This document shows positions 18,460 through 28,669 of a DNA stretch of 64,000 bases, piece by piece. A model generated the notes under the pieces. It was not told the origin of the DNA, did no database searches, and saw only the letters and a list, made by a program, of their open reading frames with translations. Source of the DNA: Gemmatimonadota bacterium. GTDB taxonomy: Bacteria; Gemmatimonadota; Gemmatimonadetes; Gemmatimonadales; Gemmatimonadaceae. A program made the translations under genes and the position numbers. Numbering within the stretch: the first letter of the stretch is position 1; each line of letters starts with the position of its first letter. Where the stretch lies: contig JAZJZK010000008.1 in the NCBI GenBank assembly GCA_040389905.1, positions 192,001 to 256,000 on the forward strand, read 5' to 3'.

Positions 18460-21400
18460 TCAACGAACAACGACCGAGAGCAGTTTCACCGGTCCGAGTA
18501 GTCCCGACTCACTCAACGGAGGCGCTGCCGGCCCACCGCCGCCGCCACCAGGTCCAGCAGGCGGCGCGCTCAACACCTTCTTTCCCGCAGGCAGCGCGCG
18601 ATCGCCGGCAATGCGATTCGTCCACTCATTCGTGACGCGCACCTCCAGCCGATTCGCCCCCGGCTTGAGCCGGCTCGTGACATCGACCTGATACGGCGCT
18701 GTCCATGCGATGCCCAGTGGCACGCCGTTCAGCGATACCTCCGCGACGTCACGTACAGCGCCAAGGTCGAGGAGCACGCGCGCCCCTGGCCTGAGCCAGC
18801 CGCGCGACACCTGAATGGTCTTCGAATACGTGGCCGTTCCCGAGAACCACTTGATCCCCGAGTCGGCGCGCGTCGTCCACGACGCAAGTGTGTCGAAGCG
18901 CGCGCGGGCAGGCGCTCCGAGTCCGGGTGCGAACGACACATCCCACGCGCCCGCGATTGTTGCCAATGTCGTCTCCTCCGTGCGCGCCACCGTTCGCGAC
19001 GAGGCTGTCGCCGGCCGCCGGAAGACAACAAACACCGCGGCGTTCGGTGCGAGTCGCAATGGAACGGTTGTGCGATTGCCGTCGATGCGGTATTCCGCTG
19101 CTTCCGTCATGCCGCTCTCAGGATGCCACAGCTCGGCTTCCTTGCCGGCCACGCGGAATCGCGTCTCGATGAACTGCGCCTTGTCCGACACATTTGCGAC
19201 GTAATAGATGTCCGCGTCGCCCGATTGACGGTGCGCCCACGCCACATCACCGTCGAGCTGGCGGCCGTAATCGACATCGCGCGGGACACGCAACGAGTAG
19301 AACACGCTGTCGAGAGACAATCCCCAAATCACGGTGCCGTTGCCATTCAACAACGTGCGTCGAGTGCGACTGACGCCATCCAGGTCGCCCCACAGGTCGT
19401 CGGCCAATGCGCGGAGTTCACTATCCGCATCTGGATATCCGACCAGGCTCGGACTTCGCGTCGGCTTCGGACCAATGACGGTCGCGCCCGCGCGAACCAG
19501 CTCGTTCACCTTCCGCAATACCGGAAGTGTCATGCGGTCCGTCGCCGGCAAGACGAGCACGCGATAGCTCGTCCCGTCCGGCAGCATGATGCGGCCGTCG
19601 GGCCCCGCCGTCATGCGCGTGAGAAGAACGTCGGCGTTGACGTAGTCGTAGTCGAAGCCCGCGGGCCGCGCGGGGCTGACGCCGCCACCCCAGAAGGGCA
19701 TCGTCGACGGCGCACCTTCATTGAGCAGGTACGCGATATCCGCCACCGACCTGCCCTGCTGCAGCATGAACGAGTTCCGCGCGAGGTACGTCATCAACGG
19801 CGCGGCCTGTTCGGCCCAGGTAATGTTGCGGTTGATGTGCGTCCCGACCATGGTGTTGCCGGGCTTCGTATCGAGCGGCTGGTGCGCGGACGTGTGGAAG
19901 ATCAATCGGTTGATGCCCTGCGCGAACCAGTAGTTGCCGAGCCGCTTGAGCGCGTCAGGAGATTCGTAACCGCCACCGGTGAATGACTCCGCCGCGACGA
20001 TGCGTTTGCCGTACGCATGTGCTGCGGACGCTGCGCCCCGCACATCCTCGTAATACATCGTGAGCGGATGCAGTGACCGCATCCAGAACTCACCCATCGG
20101 AATGTCGACTTTGCTTTTGTTCAGCAGCGCGTCTTCGAGCGGCTCGAGCGACACGCCAGATGCTTCGCTGTAGGTCTGGATGCCTTGGGCGTGGAAGAAC
20201 TCCGTCGCCGCGCCGTAGAAATTCGTGGCGAACATGTCGACGAGCGTGCGGCGGAAGTCCCACAGGAAGCGGTCGCTCGCCTCCGCGCTCTCGACGACGC
20301 GCCCCGCGAGGACGGGCAGCCATGGCGTGGGGTCGTAGCCACGACGCGTGCGGAACTCCCGCGGCATCTCCTCCGTCCAGTTCTGCACTCCCGCCTCCCA
20401 GCTGTCCAGCAACACATGGCTGAGGCTCTTCCCATAGAGCGGGCCCAGCGCCTTGGAGATCGGGTCGACGTAACCACGCAGGTACGATTCCGTGTGGGTG
20501 CGACTGAGCTTGTCCACTTCGTAACCCAGTCCCGCGGCGACGGCGGGACGATTCTTCGCTCCAGTCAGCGAGTACCCCAGGCGCATGATCGTCCAGCGTC
20601 CCGCCGGTACGTCCCAATCCAGCGTGCCGTCGGCGCGCAGCTTCGATGTGACGTCGATGATATCGCTGCGCGCGATGGTGGATGTCGATGGAAGGGCGGG
20701 CGTCGGGGTCGTTTCGTACTCGAAGAGAAAGCTGAAGCCAGCCTTGTCCTCCCACCGATGGACGCGGCCGCCGCCCTGCAGCGCAGCCTCGGTGAGTACG
20801 TACTCGCGCGCCGGTTGCGTCGGTGCTTGCGACATGTTGCCGGCGGGCGAGGAGGTGGCGGCCGTCAACTCGATCCGATAGTAGCGCGCGCTCGTACCGG
20901 GCAGCGCAAAGGTGCGTACCGTGCCAGGACGATAGCCACCAGGTCCAGGCAGCGCCGCAATCGCGCGAAAGGACATTCCGTCGTTGCTCGCGAGAATGCG
21001 ACCGTACGGAATGCCACCACGCGCAGCGAGCGAAAGGGCACGCGCAGCGAAAGGCTCCGCAAAGGCAAATTGCACCCACGCGGGTCCGCTCGGCGGCGCG
21101 GGGATCGTGAGTGCGGAGTTGAGATCGTCGTCGAGCAGCGGCGTTGCGTCGATCGGTCCCGCGTGCGTTGTCACAACCGGGCGAAGCGACCCCGCATCGC
21201 GTTCGTCACTCGGCGTCCGATAGGCGAGGACCGCACCCTCTCCATAGTACGTCGGATCTGGTGGCGCATTGCCGCCGCCACCGCGCGTAAGATTGCGAAT
21301 CGGACCATTGTTCGACGGTGGTTTCGGCAGCGGATTCGTCAGGCGGCGAGGACCGTCGACCACCACTTCACTCCACACGAGCTTCTTCATCGCCTGCTCG

Positions 21401-21813
21401 GGTTTCACCCACGGTCCACCGGCGAGGCTCCACCCTGCGGAGCTGAACATCGTCATCTCGAGCCCAAGCCGATCTGCCTCAGCCGCAGAGTGGCGGACGG
21501 CGTCGAGCCACGCCGGTGAAAAGAATGGGACCTTCGTGTCGACGGTTTGACCGCCGCCGGATTCCACATCGGCGAGTTGCACGCCGCCAATGCCGACGCG
21601 CTTCATCCATTCGAGGTCCTTCGTGATGCCGTCCTTCGTGACGTTGCTGCGTGTCCAGTGCCACCAGGTGCGTGGCTTTGCTGCGGCCGGTGGACTGGCA
21701 AACATGCGGGCGAGTGTGTCGTTCGTCGCCGCGGCAACTTGCGATTGCGCCGGAGGGGCGAGCAGGAACACGAGCGCTATGTTAGCGACCGTTGTTCGTG
21801 AAAAAATGTTCAT
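18460..21813 (-). CDS. GH106 alpha-L-rhamnosidase-like glycoside hydrolase, secreted
   Basis: KPRTWWHW, DLEWMKRVGIGG, GWSLAGGPW, DSWE, PMGEFW, AESFT, C-terminal sugar-binding domain ending SGLLGPV. Confidence 0.88.
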   Translation of the reverse strand: MNIFSRTTVANIALVFLLAPPAQSQVAAATNDTLARMFASPPAAAKPRTWWHWTRSNVTKDGITKDLEWMKRVGIGGVQLADVESGGGQTVDTKVPFFSPAWLDAVRHSAAEADRLGLEMTMFSSAGWSLAGGPWVKPEQAMKKLVWSEVVVDGPRRLTNPLPKPPSNNGPIRNLTRGGGGNAPPDPTYYGEGAVLAYRTPSDERDAGSLRPVVTTHAGPIDATPLLDDDLNSALTIPAPPSGPAWVQFAFAEPFAARALSLAARGGIPYGRILASNDGMSFRAIAALPGPGGYRPGTVRTFALPGTSARYYRIELTAATSSPAGNMSQAPTQPAREYVLTEAALQGGGRVHRWEDKAGFSFLFEYETTPTPALPSTSTIARSDIIDVTSKLRADGTLDWDVPAGRWTIMRLGYSLTGAKNRPAVAAGLGYEVDKLSRTHTESYLRGYVDPISKALGPLYGKSLSHVLLDSWEAGVQNWTEEMPREFRTRRGYDPTPWLPVLAGRVVESAEASDRFLWDFRRTLVDMFATNFYGAATEFFHAQGIQTYSEASGVSLEPLEDALLNKSKVDIPMGEFWMRSLHPLTMYYEDVRGAASAAHAYGKRIVAAESFTGGGYESPDALKRLGNYWFAQGINRLIFHTSAHQPLDTKPGNTMVGTHINRNITWAEQAAPLMTYLARNSFMLQQGRSVADIAYLLNEGAPSTMPFWGGGVSPARPAGFDYDYVNADVLLTRMTAGPDGRIMLPDGTSYRVLVLPATDRMTLPVLRKVNELVRAGATVIGPKPTRSPSLVGYPDADSELRALADDLWGDLDGVSRTRRTLLNGNGTVIWGLSLDSVFYSLRVPRDVDYGRQLDGDVAWAHRQSGDADIYYVANVSDKAQFIETRFRVAGKEAELWHPESGMTEAAEYRIDGNRTTVPLRLAPNAAVFVVFRRPATASSRTVARTEETTLATIAGAWDVSFAPGLGAPARARFDTLASWTTRADSGIKWFSGTATYSKTIQVSRGWLRPGARVLLDLGAVRDVAEVSLNGVPLGIAWTAPYQVDVTSRLKPGANRLEVRVTNEWTNRIAGDRALPAGKKVLSAPPAGPGGGGGGPAAPPLSESGLLGPVKLLSVVVR

Positions 21814-22071
21814 ACTCTCGCTCGGTCAGGAGTGCGGGCGACGTGCGAGAGGCACAATAGCGCTAACAGGAGAGAGTTGCAAAGCGAGCGCTCCTGCTCG
21901 TGCGGTTGGCCTTCGCTCTGGCTCGCCAAAACCCTCTTACCGCAGAGGTCGCAGAGTTCGGAGCACCAATGCAGACGACTGGTACTCCTCGCCGCAGAGG
22001 GCGCAGGAGGACTACGGAACGACGACAGCGTGAATGTCCATATCACTGAGATGCAATACAGTTCGCTCGTC

Positions 22072-22103
22072 TTGTCGCCCTGAGCGAAGCGAATGGCCTG
22101 CAC
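22072..22103 (-). repeat. REP-like half element, type B
   Basis: TTGTCGCCCTGAGCGAAGCGAATGGCCTGCAC (reverse complement of type B). Confidence 0.7.
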
Positions 22104-22156
22104 TTACGAGCTAGTGAGCATCCTGAAACTGCCATTTTGGAGCGCAACGCCGTGGA

Positions 22157-22246
22157 TGTCATCCCGAGCGAAGTCGAGGGATCTGCACTTGCCGCCTGTG
22201 TACGAGGTGCAGACCCCTCGACTCGCTTCGCTCGCTCGGGGTGACA
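22157..22246 (+). repeat. REPIN-like palindromic element, type A
   Basis: TGTCATCCCGAGCGAAGTCGAGGGATCTGCAC..GTGCAGACCCCTCGACTCGCTTCGCTCGCTCGGGGTGACA. Confidence 0.88.
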
Positions 22247-22355
22247 ATCCTTGAATTGGCCGTTTGAGGGCGGACACGAGCTAAAGCGATCCGCCATAGT
22301 GGATTGCCGCGTTGGACACTAACGGTGCACGTGCAAAAGCATCACTGACCCAGTG

Positions 22356-22435
22356 TTGAACACGGATCACGCGGATTGAGCGGATTCGACGGGTCTTCCG
22401 TTCACGAAGTTATCCGCAGAATCCGTTCAATCCGT
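22356..22435. repeat. Degenerate family D inverted-repeat element
   Basis: CGCGGATTGAGCGGATT / AATCCGTTCAATCCG. Confidence 0.6.
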
Positions 22436-22556
22436 CAACTCTGTTTCATGAAACTGGGTCGTTGTGACTCGTAGGGCGGTGAGCATTGTCCAACGCGAGT
22501 CAGTCTCTCGCAAACAGTCTGTCCTCTCCGCGAGATCCCCGCGATTCCAGCCACTA

Positions 22557-24134
22557 CTAGATTCTCGGCGCCACAAATCTCCGCGACCGTCGCTCGTACG
22601 CGTGCGCCAACGCCAGCAATCGCGCATCGCTGCCCGGTAGCCCGACGAAGGAAATATTCCCTGCGGGCATGCCGTCAGCACCGAGACCCGTCGGCACCGA
22701 TACCTCAGGCAACCCGAGCCAGTTGCCATAACCGAGCGTCGTGCGGATGTCCGGCCACGGGTCCACGGCGCGAGGAGCTGGAAAGGGCATTGTCGGATAG
22801 ATCATCGCATCCAATCGCTGCGCATGAAATGTCTCCGCGAGTTGCGCCGTCACTTCGGCGCGCGAGCGCGCGAAGGAGACGCCGGCCGTGTCGCGCTCAT
22901 ATGGCTGTCCGATGAGCTTTGACATGTCCTCCCACTCCTTGGGAAGGACGTCGTAGAACGCACGAAACGCTGCGAGGCCTCGCTCCACATCGCGTCGCGC
23001 GTCACCGCCGTGTGTCTCGAAGTATCTGAAGAGTGCGTTTGCCGTTGCGGCCGGCGAATTCGCATTGGGCGGAACGTCGCCGCGTGCCTTCGCCGAGTCG
23101 GCGAAGAGTGTCCGCACGTTTGCCCGCGTCACCGTCGGTGCACTCTTCTCGACAATCGCGCCGCCAGACGTCAGGTCCGCAACGGCGCGATCGAATACCG
23201 ATAGCGACTCGGCGGTCATCTGCGCGCGCGGTACGTGTGCTTCCACGAGCCCGAGTCGAGCGTTGACGAGTGCGTCGTCACGCAGCGAGGCGAGCACTCC
23301 ATGTGTCCATGGTGCCGTTAGGGCGAGGCCGTCCGATGCATCGGGTCCGGCGATCGCGTCGAGCAGCAGCGCGGCGTCGGCCACACAACGTGCGAGCGGC
23401 CCATGCGTGTCGAGGTACGGCCAGGTAGGAATGACACCCGTGCGCGGAACGAGCCCGAATGTCGGCTTCATCCCGACCACGCCGCAGAACTGCGCGGGGA
23501 TTCGATTGGAGCCACCGTCGTCGGTGCCAAGCGCGGCGAAGGCGATGCCGCACGAGACAGATACCGCAGAGCCGGCACTCGACCCACCCGGCGTCTTCAC
23601 GCCAGAGGCATCGTGTGGATTGCGCACCTGCCCCGACAAGGAACTCGTTCCGTTGCCACGATAGGCAAAGTCATCGGCGGCGGTCTTTCCGAGCACGACA
23701 GCACCGGCCGCGCGCATGCGCGCGACTTCCACGGCGTCGCTCCGCACGACTTCCGGGAACAGCTGTGACCACTCCTTGCTGGACCCCGTGGTCGGAAGGC
23801 CCCGCATGTCGTAGATGGACTTCGCGAAGAGTGGAACGCCGTCAAGCGGCCCGAGGAGAGCGCCACGCCGCGCGCGCGCATCGGACGCGCGGGCGTCATC
23901 CATGGCGGTCGCAGACACGAGATCGACCGCGTGGAGTGTGCCGTTCAAGGCGGTCACGCGACCGAGTGCCTGCTTGGTGACGTCCACTGCCGTCCAATCA
24001 CCACGCGCTCGTCCAGCCTGGTACTCGACGATGGTGCCGGCGAGGGGATCGGCAAGACGCGCTGGCCACCGCACGAACGGCACGGCGAACAGGGCGCTCA
24101 GGTGGCGGAGTGCTTCGCGTCGGGAGATGGCCAT
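22557..24134 (-). CDS. Amidase signature family protein with Tat signal
   Basis: SRREAL twin-arginine; GPLDGVP..K, GGSSAGS, GTDDGGSNRIPA. Confidence 0.9.
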   Translation of the reverse strand: MAISRREALRHLSALFAVPFVRWPARLADPLAGTIVEYQAGRARGDWTAVDVTKQALGRVTALNGTLHAVDLVSATAMDDARASDARARRGALLGPLDGVPLFAKSIYDMRGLPTTGSSKEWSQLFPEVVRSDAVEVARMRAAGAVVLGKTAADDFAYRGNGTSSLSGQVRNPHDASGVKTPGGSSAGSAVSVSCGIAFAALGTDDGGSNRIPAQFCGVVGMKPTFGLVPRTGVIPTWPYLDTHGPLARCVADAALLLDAIAGPDASDGLALTAPWTHGVLASLRDDALVNARLGLVEAHVPRAQMTAESLSVFDRAVADLTSGGAIVEKSAPTVTRANVRTLFADSAKARGDVPPNANSPAATANALFRYFETHGGDARRDVERGLAAFRAFYDVLPKEWEDMSKLIGQPYERDTAGVSFARSRAEVTAQLAETFHAQRLDAMIYPTMPFPAPRAVDPWPDIRTTLGYGNWLGLPEVSVPTGLGADGMPAGNISFVGLPGSDARLLALAHAYERRSRRFVAPRI

Positions 24135-24175
24135 GACGGCGCTCGAACTGGTTGGCGGAGAATTAGGGCGGCGGA

Positions 24176-24211
24176 AGGTGCGGGCCGCCCTTCGCTGCGC
24201 TCAGGGCGACA
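24176..24211 (+). repeat. REP-like half element, type B
   Basis: GCCCTTCGCTGCGCTCAGGGCGACA. Confidence 0.7.
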
Positions 24212-24234
24212 AAACGATCGGAACCGCACGGGCA

Positions 24235-25350
24235 CTATTTTCCGTTCGGAAGCTCGAACCAGAACACGCTCCCAATCGGGTCTCCCGAGTCGATGCTGAT
24301 CGTTCCCCCGTGAGCATCGATGGCGAGCTTGCAGAACGCCAGCCCAAGACCCGCGGAATGATGCGTACGCCTCTCACGCGCCTCGATGGTGCCGAACTTC
24401 TCGAAGATTCTCTTTCGCGCTTCGACCGGGATCCCGCGGCCCTGGTCGTGCAATGCGACCCGCGCTCGGTCCTGCGTACCAACAACCGTGAACCGCACAC
24501 GACTTCCAGCCGGTGTGTGCTTGATGGCGTTGCTCAGGAGGTTCTCGATCACGCGGCGCACCAGGTCGGTATCACACTCGACCACGACGTCGCCATCTGC
24601 GTCGAGATCGAACACGCGGGTGCGGTCCATGCCGCTGAGTCGCGCGATCACATCGCGCGTGACGTGGACGAGGTCCGTCGGCGCGCGATTGAGCGGCATC
24701 TCGCCCTGTTCGAGCCGACTCACGTCGAGGAGTTCGTTGGCCATGTTCCCCAGCGTCTTCGCCGCACGGATGCTCGTGCGAAGGTCATCGCTCGCTTGCG
24801 CGCTCACGGATCCCGAGATCCCCTCCTGGAGAAACTCGAGGTTTCTCGTCAGGGCCATCAGGGGTGATCGCATGTCATGCACCACCATGTTGAACAACTT
24901 CTCGCGCAGATCCTCCACCACCTGGAGACGTTCATGTTCCTCCACCAGGTCGCGCAGCGCGCGCCTGAGCGTGACATGTGTCTTGACGCGCGCGAGCACT
25001 TCGTCGATCTGAAACGGCTTGGTGATGTAGTCGACGCCGCCTGCCTCGAACGCCTTGACTTTGTCAGCGGTATCCGTGAGCGCGGTGAGGAAGATGATGG
25101 GCACGTCGCGCGCGACGTCCAGCGTCTTGATGTGTGCGCAAACGTCGTAGCCATTCATCGCCGGCATGTTGATGTCGAGCAGGATCAAGTCGGGCGGATC
25201 GCGCTCGACCGCTTGAATGGCCTGTCGCCCATTGGTCACGGGCCGGACCTCATACCCATGCCCGCCCAGCAGGCTCGCGAGCAGTCGCAGGTTCTCGACC
25301 CTGTCGTCTACCACGAGGATGGTCGCCAGCGGCGCCGGGTCGGAATGCAT
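24235..25350 (-). CDS. Hybrid response regulator/histidine kinase (REC-HK)
   Basis: ILVVDD, DINMP, KPF; HDMRSPL; NAIKH; GLGLAFC. Confidence 0.93.
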   Translation of the reverse strand: MHSDPAPLATILVVDDRVENLRLLASLLGGHGYEVRPVTNGRQAIQAVERDPPDLILLDINMPAMNGYDVCAHIKTLDVARDVPIIFLTALTDTADKVKAFEAGGVDYITKPFQIDEVLARVKTHVTLRRALRDLVEEHERLQVVEDLREKLFNMVVHDMRSPLMALTRNLEFLQEGISGSVSAQASDDLRTSIRAAKTLGNMANELLDVSRLEQGEMPLNRAPTDLVHVTRDVIARLSGMDRTRVFDLDADGDVVVECDTDLVRRVIENLLSNAIKHTPAGSRVRFTVVGTQDRARVALHDQGRGIPVEARKRIFEKFGTIEARERRTHHSAGLGLAFCKLAIDAHGGTISIDSGDPIGSVFWFELPNGK

Positions 25351-25425
25351 CCTGAAGGATACGGGTAAATCCTCGACCTGTGCAGTGCTGGCTGTCCGAA
25401 GCCCGCACGCGCACATTCGTTGCCG

Positions 25426-28400
25426 ATGACCGGCCTCCTGGATTGGCTCGAATCAGTGTTTGGCCAGATCCCCCTCCCGCTGCTGGATGTGTGGGGGCGC
25501 TTCAGCTTCGCGATCGGTGTGGTTCTCGCCATTTGCGCGTTCGGCGGATTCACCTTCCGCGTTGGAGGCGCGTGGCGGCTCGGTCGCGAGCGGCAAGCGT
25601 GGGACGGACGCGCCGTTCTTGCGATGCCGCTCACCTTCCTCCTCATCGTCGGAAGCGGTTACATCGGATCGTTCATCGTGCTGGTGCCCGGCGCCCAGAC
25701 GTTCGAATCGCTCAAGGACCTGATCGTCCTCGTGTGCCTCCTGCTGTTCGGCTACCCCGCGCTCATCACCGTCCCATTTGCCTACGCGCTCGCCGATCTC
25801 GTCGAAGGTGTGCCGCCCGATTTCCTCCTCGCGTGGCTGCCGGGCTACTTCATCAATCCAGCGTGCTTCTGGATCGCGTACCAGCTCCTCGGGCGCGATC
25901 CCGACTTTCGACGGCCGCGCACCTGGGCGGGATACGCCGCTTTTGTCGCGCTCTTCATGTCGATCGAACCGGTGCTCTGGGGATACATCTGCTCAGGCAA
26001 GTTCACGCCGGAGTTCTCGTACCGCACCATTACGCCCGCGCTGCTGCTCACCACGAATATCACGTGGGTCATCGCGCCGTTTGCGATGCTCGGCGCCTTA
26101 CCGCTCGCGCGGCGCCTCCGCGCGTTCTGGGCCGAGATTCCACTACACGTGCGCGAGCGGGCATTCGGGACCGACGAGTGGAGTTGGATCGTTGGCCCGG
26201 ACAGCGTGCCATCGGCGGCCGACGACAAGTCGCGCGCGCTGCCCGTTCGCATGTACATCCTCGTGCCGTTTGTCACGCTGATGTTGGTGGTCGTCCTGGC
26301 GACGGCGTACGTGACACTCAAGAGCGGGGAGGACGACGCGACCAGGCTCGCCGTTCGCTTGCACGAGGAGATTGCGGCCAACATCGACCTGCAGCTCGAC
26401 GACTATCTCGACCGTCCGCCCACGAACACGCCGGTCGGCGAGGGCATCGGGACGCTGCTGCGAGCACTCAGTATCTCGCGAACGGGCCGCGCATTCATCG
26501 TCGATCGTACACGGCGCATCGTCGCGTCGTCCGCGCCGGCGGGGGACGCAGTCGTCGCCGGAACGATCGCCAGCCTCCCGCCGTCGCCACCGACCGTCGC
26601 CGTACCCACGTCGCAACGAGAATGGCGATTCGATCACGTTACGCCGCAGCCCTCCCGTGAAACGTGGTTGGCGCGCGCCGCGCCGTACGCGGGCCGTCAC
26701 GGTGAGCACGCCGACTGGGTCATCGTCACCGTGATGCCCGAGGCCTACTACCTCGCCGGCATTCGTGAGGGCAACAGCCACTCGGCAATCATCTCCGCGC
26801 TTGCGCTGCTCATGTCGGTCGCCGTGGCGGCGCTACTCGCGTCGATGGTGACCGCGCCGATTCGACGCATTGCACGCGCGGCAGGCGCTCTCTCGAGTGG
26901 CGACCTCTCCCAGCGCGCACCGCCGAGCCGATTCAATGAACTCGGCGCGCTCGCCGATTCATTCAACGAGATGGCGTCTCGCCTCACGGCGTCGTTCGAT
27001 GAGTTGCGTGTGAGTGCACTCGAGGTGAGCCGGCACCGCGACCACCTCGAGGAGCTCGTCAGGGAGCGAACGCACGAGCTGCGTGCCGCCAAGGATGTGG
27101 CCGACGAAGCCAGCCATGCAAAGAGTGTGTTCTTCGCCAACATGTCGCACGAGATCCGAACGCCAATGAACGCGGTGCTCGGATTCGCGCAGGTTCTGGA
27201 GCGGAGCACATCCCTCGGTGCGGCGGATCGCGCGCACGTCCAGATCATTCTCCGCAGCGGCGAGCACTTGCTCAGCCTGATCAACGATGTTCTCGACATG
27301 GCGAAGATCGAGGCGGGCCGTCTTACACTCCGCTCGTCGACCTTTGACCTGCACGCCCTGTTCGACGAAGTGCATCGCATGATCGGCTTGCGTGCGCGCC
27401 AGAAGGGGCTGCGCTTCGATGTCGAGCGTGCGTCCGCGGTGCCGCGCTATGTCACGCTGGACGAGGAAAAGCTGCGACGAATCCTCTTCAACCTCCTGGA
27501 CAACGCCGTCAAGTTCACGAGTGACGGCGCGGTGACGATGCGCATGGACGTGCTGTCGCGCGAGGGCGAAGCGCGTCTCATCGTCGAGGTCGAGGACACG
27601 GGGCCGGGCATCCGCTCGGAGGAGATCCCGCTCGTGTTCGAGGCCTTCGCGCAAACTGCGGTCGGCGCTGCGTCGCGCGAAGGGACGGGACTCGGCATGC
27701 CGCTGAGCCTGGAGTATGCGCGATTGATGGGCGGCGATCTCGTGGTCAGGAGCGAAGCCGGGCGCGGTTCCGTGTTTCGCCTCGACATTCCAGTGGCGTC
27801 GGCGGAGGCAGCGAGCGTGCACGCCAACACCGGCGCGCGACGCATCATCCGCATGGTCGGCCCCGAGCGTCTCCGCATCCTCGTGGCCGACGACAACCGC
27901 GACAATCGCATGCTGATCGCCACCTTGCTCGACGACGTGGGACTCGAATACCGGGAAGTCGCCAATGGCGCCGAGGCGCTCGCCCTATGGGAGACATGGC
28001 AGCCGCATGTCATCCTCATGGATCTCCGGATGCCGGAAATCGACGGCTACGAAGCGACTCGGCGCATTCGGTCCATGGACACGGGCCGCAGGACGAAGAT
28101 CATCGCCGTCACAGCGAGCGCGCTCGATCAGAAACCGGAGCGTGCACGCGACGCGGGTGTCGACGCGTTCGTCTGGAAGCCGTTCACAGCAGAGCAACTG
28201 TTCGAACAGATCGCCGCCATGACCGGTCACGCGCTCGAGTACGCGGACGACGTTCCCGCCCCCACCGGGGAGAACCTGACGCGCGATCGCGTAGCGACCG
28301 TCGATCCCGAGCTGCGGGCGCGCGCTCGCAGCGCCGTCGAGCGCGCGGACGCACGTGGGCTCGCCCATGCGATCGACGAGATGGAGGCTCGGGATCCCGA

Positions 28401-28467
28401 TCTCGCAGACGCGCTGCGCTCACTGGCCCACGGCTACGAATACGACAGACTCATGGAGCTTCTTTAG
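25426..28467 (+). CDS. Multi-TM hybrid sensor histidine kinase (membrane domain-Cache-HAMP-HK-REC)
   Basis: Multiple N-terminal TM helices, HAMP (ELGALADSFNEM), SHEIRTPMN, NAVKFT, GTGLG, REC. Confidence 0.92.
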   Translation: MTGLLDWLESVFGQIPLPLLDVWGRFSFAIGVVLAICAFGGFTFRVGGAWRLGRERQAWDGRAVLAMPLTFLLIVGSGYIGSFIVLVPGAQTFESLKDLIVLVCLLLFGYPALITVPFAYALADLVEGVPPDFLLAWLPGYFINPACFWIAYQLLGRDPDFRRPRTWAGYAAFVALFMSIEPVLWGYICSGKFTPEFSYRTITPALLLTTNITWVIAPFAMLGALPLARRLRAFWAEIPLHVRERAFGTDEWSWIVGPDSVPSAADDKSRALPVRMYILVPFVTLMLVVVLATAYVTLKSGEDDATRLAVRLHEEIAANIDLQLDDYLDRPPTNTPVGEGIGTLLRALSISRTGRAFIVDRTRRIVASSAPAGDAVVAGTIASLPPSPPTVAVPTSQREWRFDHVTPQPSRETWLARAAPYAGRHGEHADWVIVTVMPEAYYLAGIREGNSHSAIISALALLMSVAVAALLASMVTAPIRRIARAAGALSSGDLSQRAPPSRFNELGALADSFNEMASRLTASFDELRVSALEVSRHRDHLEELVRERTHELRAAKDVADEASHAKSVFFANMSHEIRTPMNAVLGFAQVLERSTSLGAADRAHVQIILRSGEHLLSLINDVLDMAKIEAGRLTLRSSTFDLHALFDEVHRMIGLRARQKGLRFDVERASAVPRYVTLDEEKLRRILFNLLDNAVKFTSDGAVTMRMDVLSREGEARLIVEVEDTGPGIRSEEIPLVFEAFAQTAVGAASREGTGLGMPLSLEYARLMGGDLVVRSEAGRGSVFRLDIPVASAEAASVHANTGARRIIRMVGPERLRILVADDNRDNRMLIATLLDDVGLEYREVANGAEALALWETWQPHVILMDLRMPEIDGYEATRRIRSMDTGRRTKIIAVTASALDQKPERARDAGVDAFVWKPFTAEQLFEQIAAMTGHALEYADDVPAPTGENLTRDRVATVDPELRARARSAVERADARGLAHAIDEMEARDPDLADALRSLAHGYEYDRLMELL

Positions 28468-28481
28468 GCTAGTGGCCACAA

Positions 28482-28572
28482 TGTCATCCCGAGCGAAGTC
28501 GAGGGATCTGCACGTTCAGTCTGGGGTTGAGGTGCAGACCCTCTCGACTCGCTTCGCTCGCTCGGGGTGACA
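28482..28572 (+). repeat. REPIN-like palindromic element, type A (plus partial arm at 28612-28630)
   Basis: Same arms as 22157; spacer GTTCAGTCTGGGGTTGAG identical to the 34475 copy. Confidence 0.88.
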
Positions 28573-28669
28573 ACTCTGGAATTGGCAGCCTGCCTTGAGC
28601 GCAATCGAATGGGCTCGCTCGGGGTGACAATCGTGAAATCGGCAGTTTCAGGTGGCCGCTTGGCTAAGG

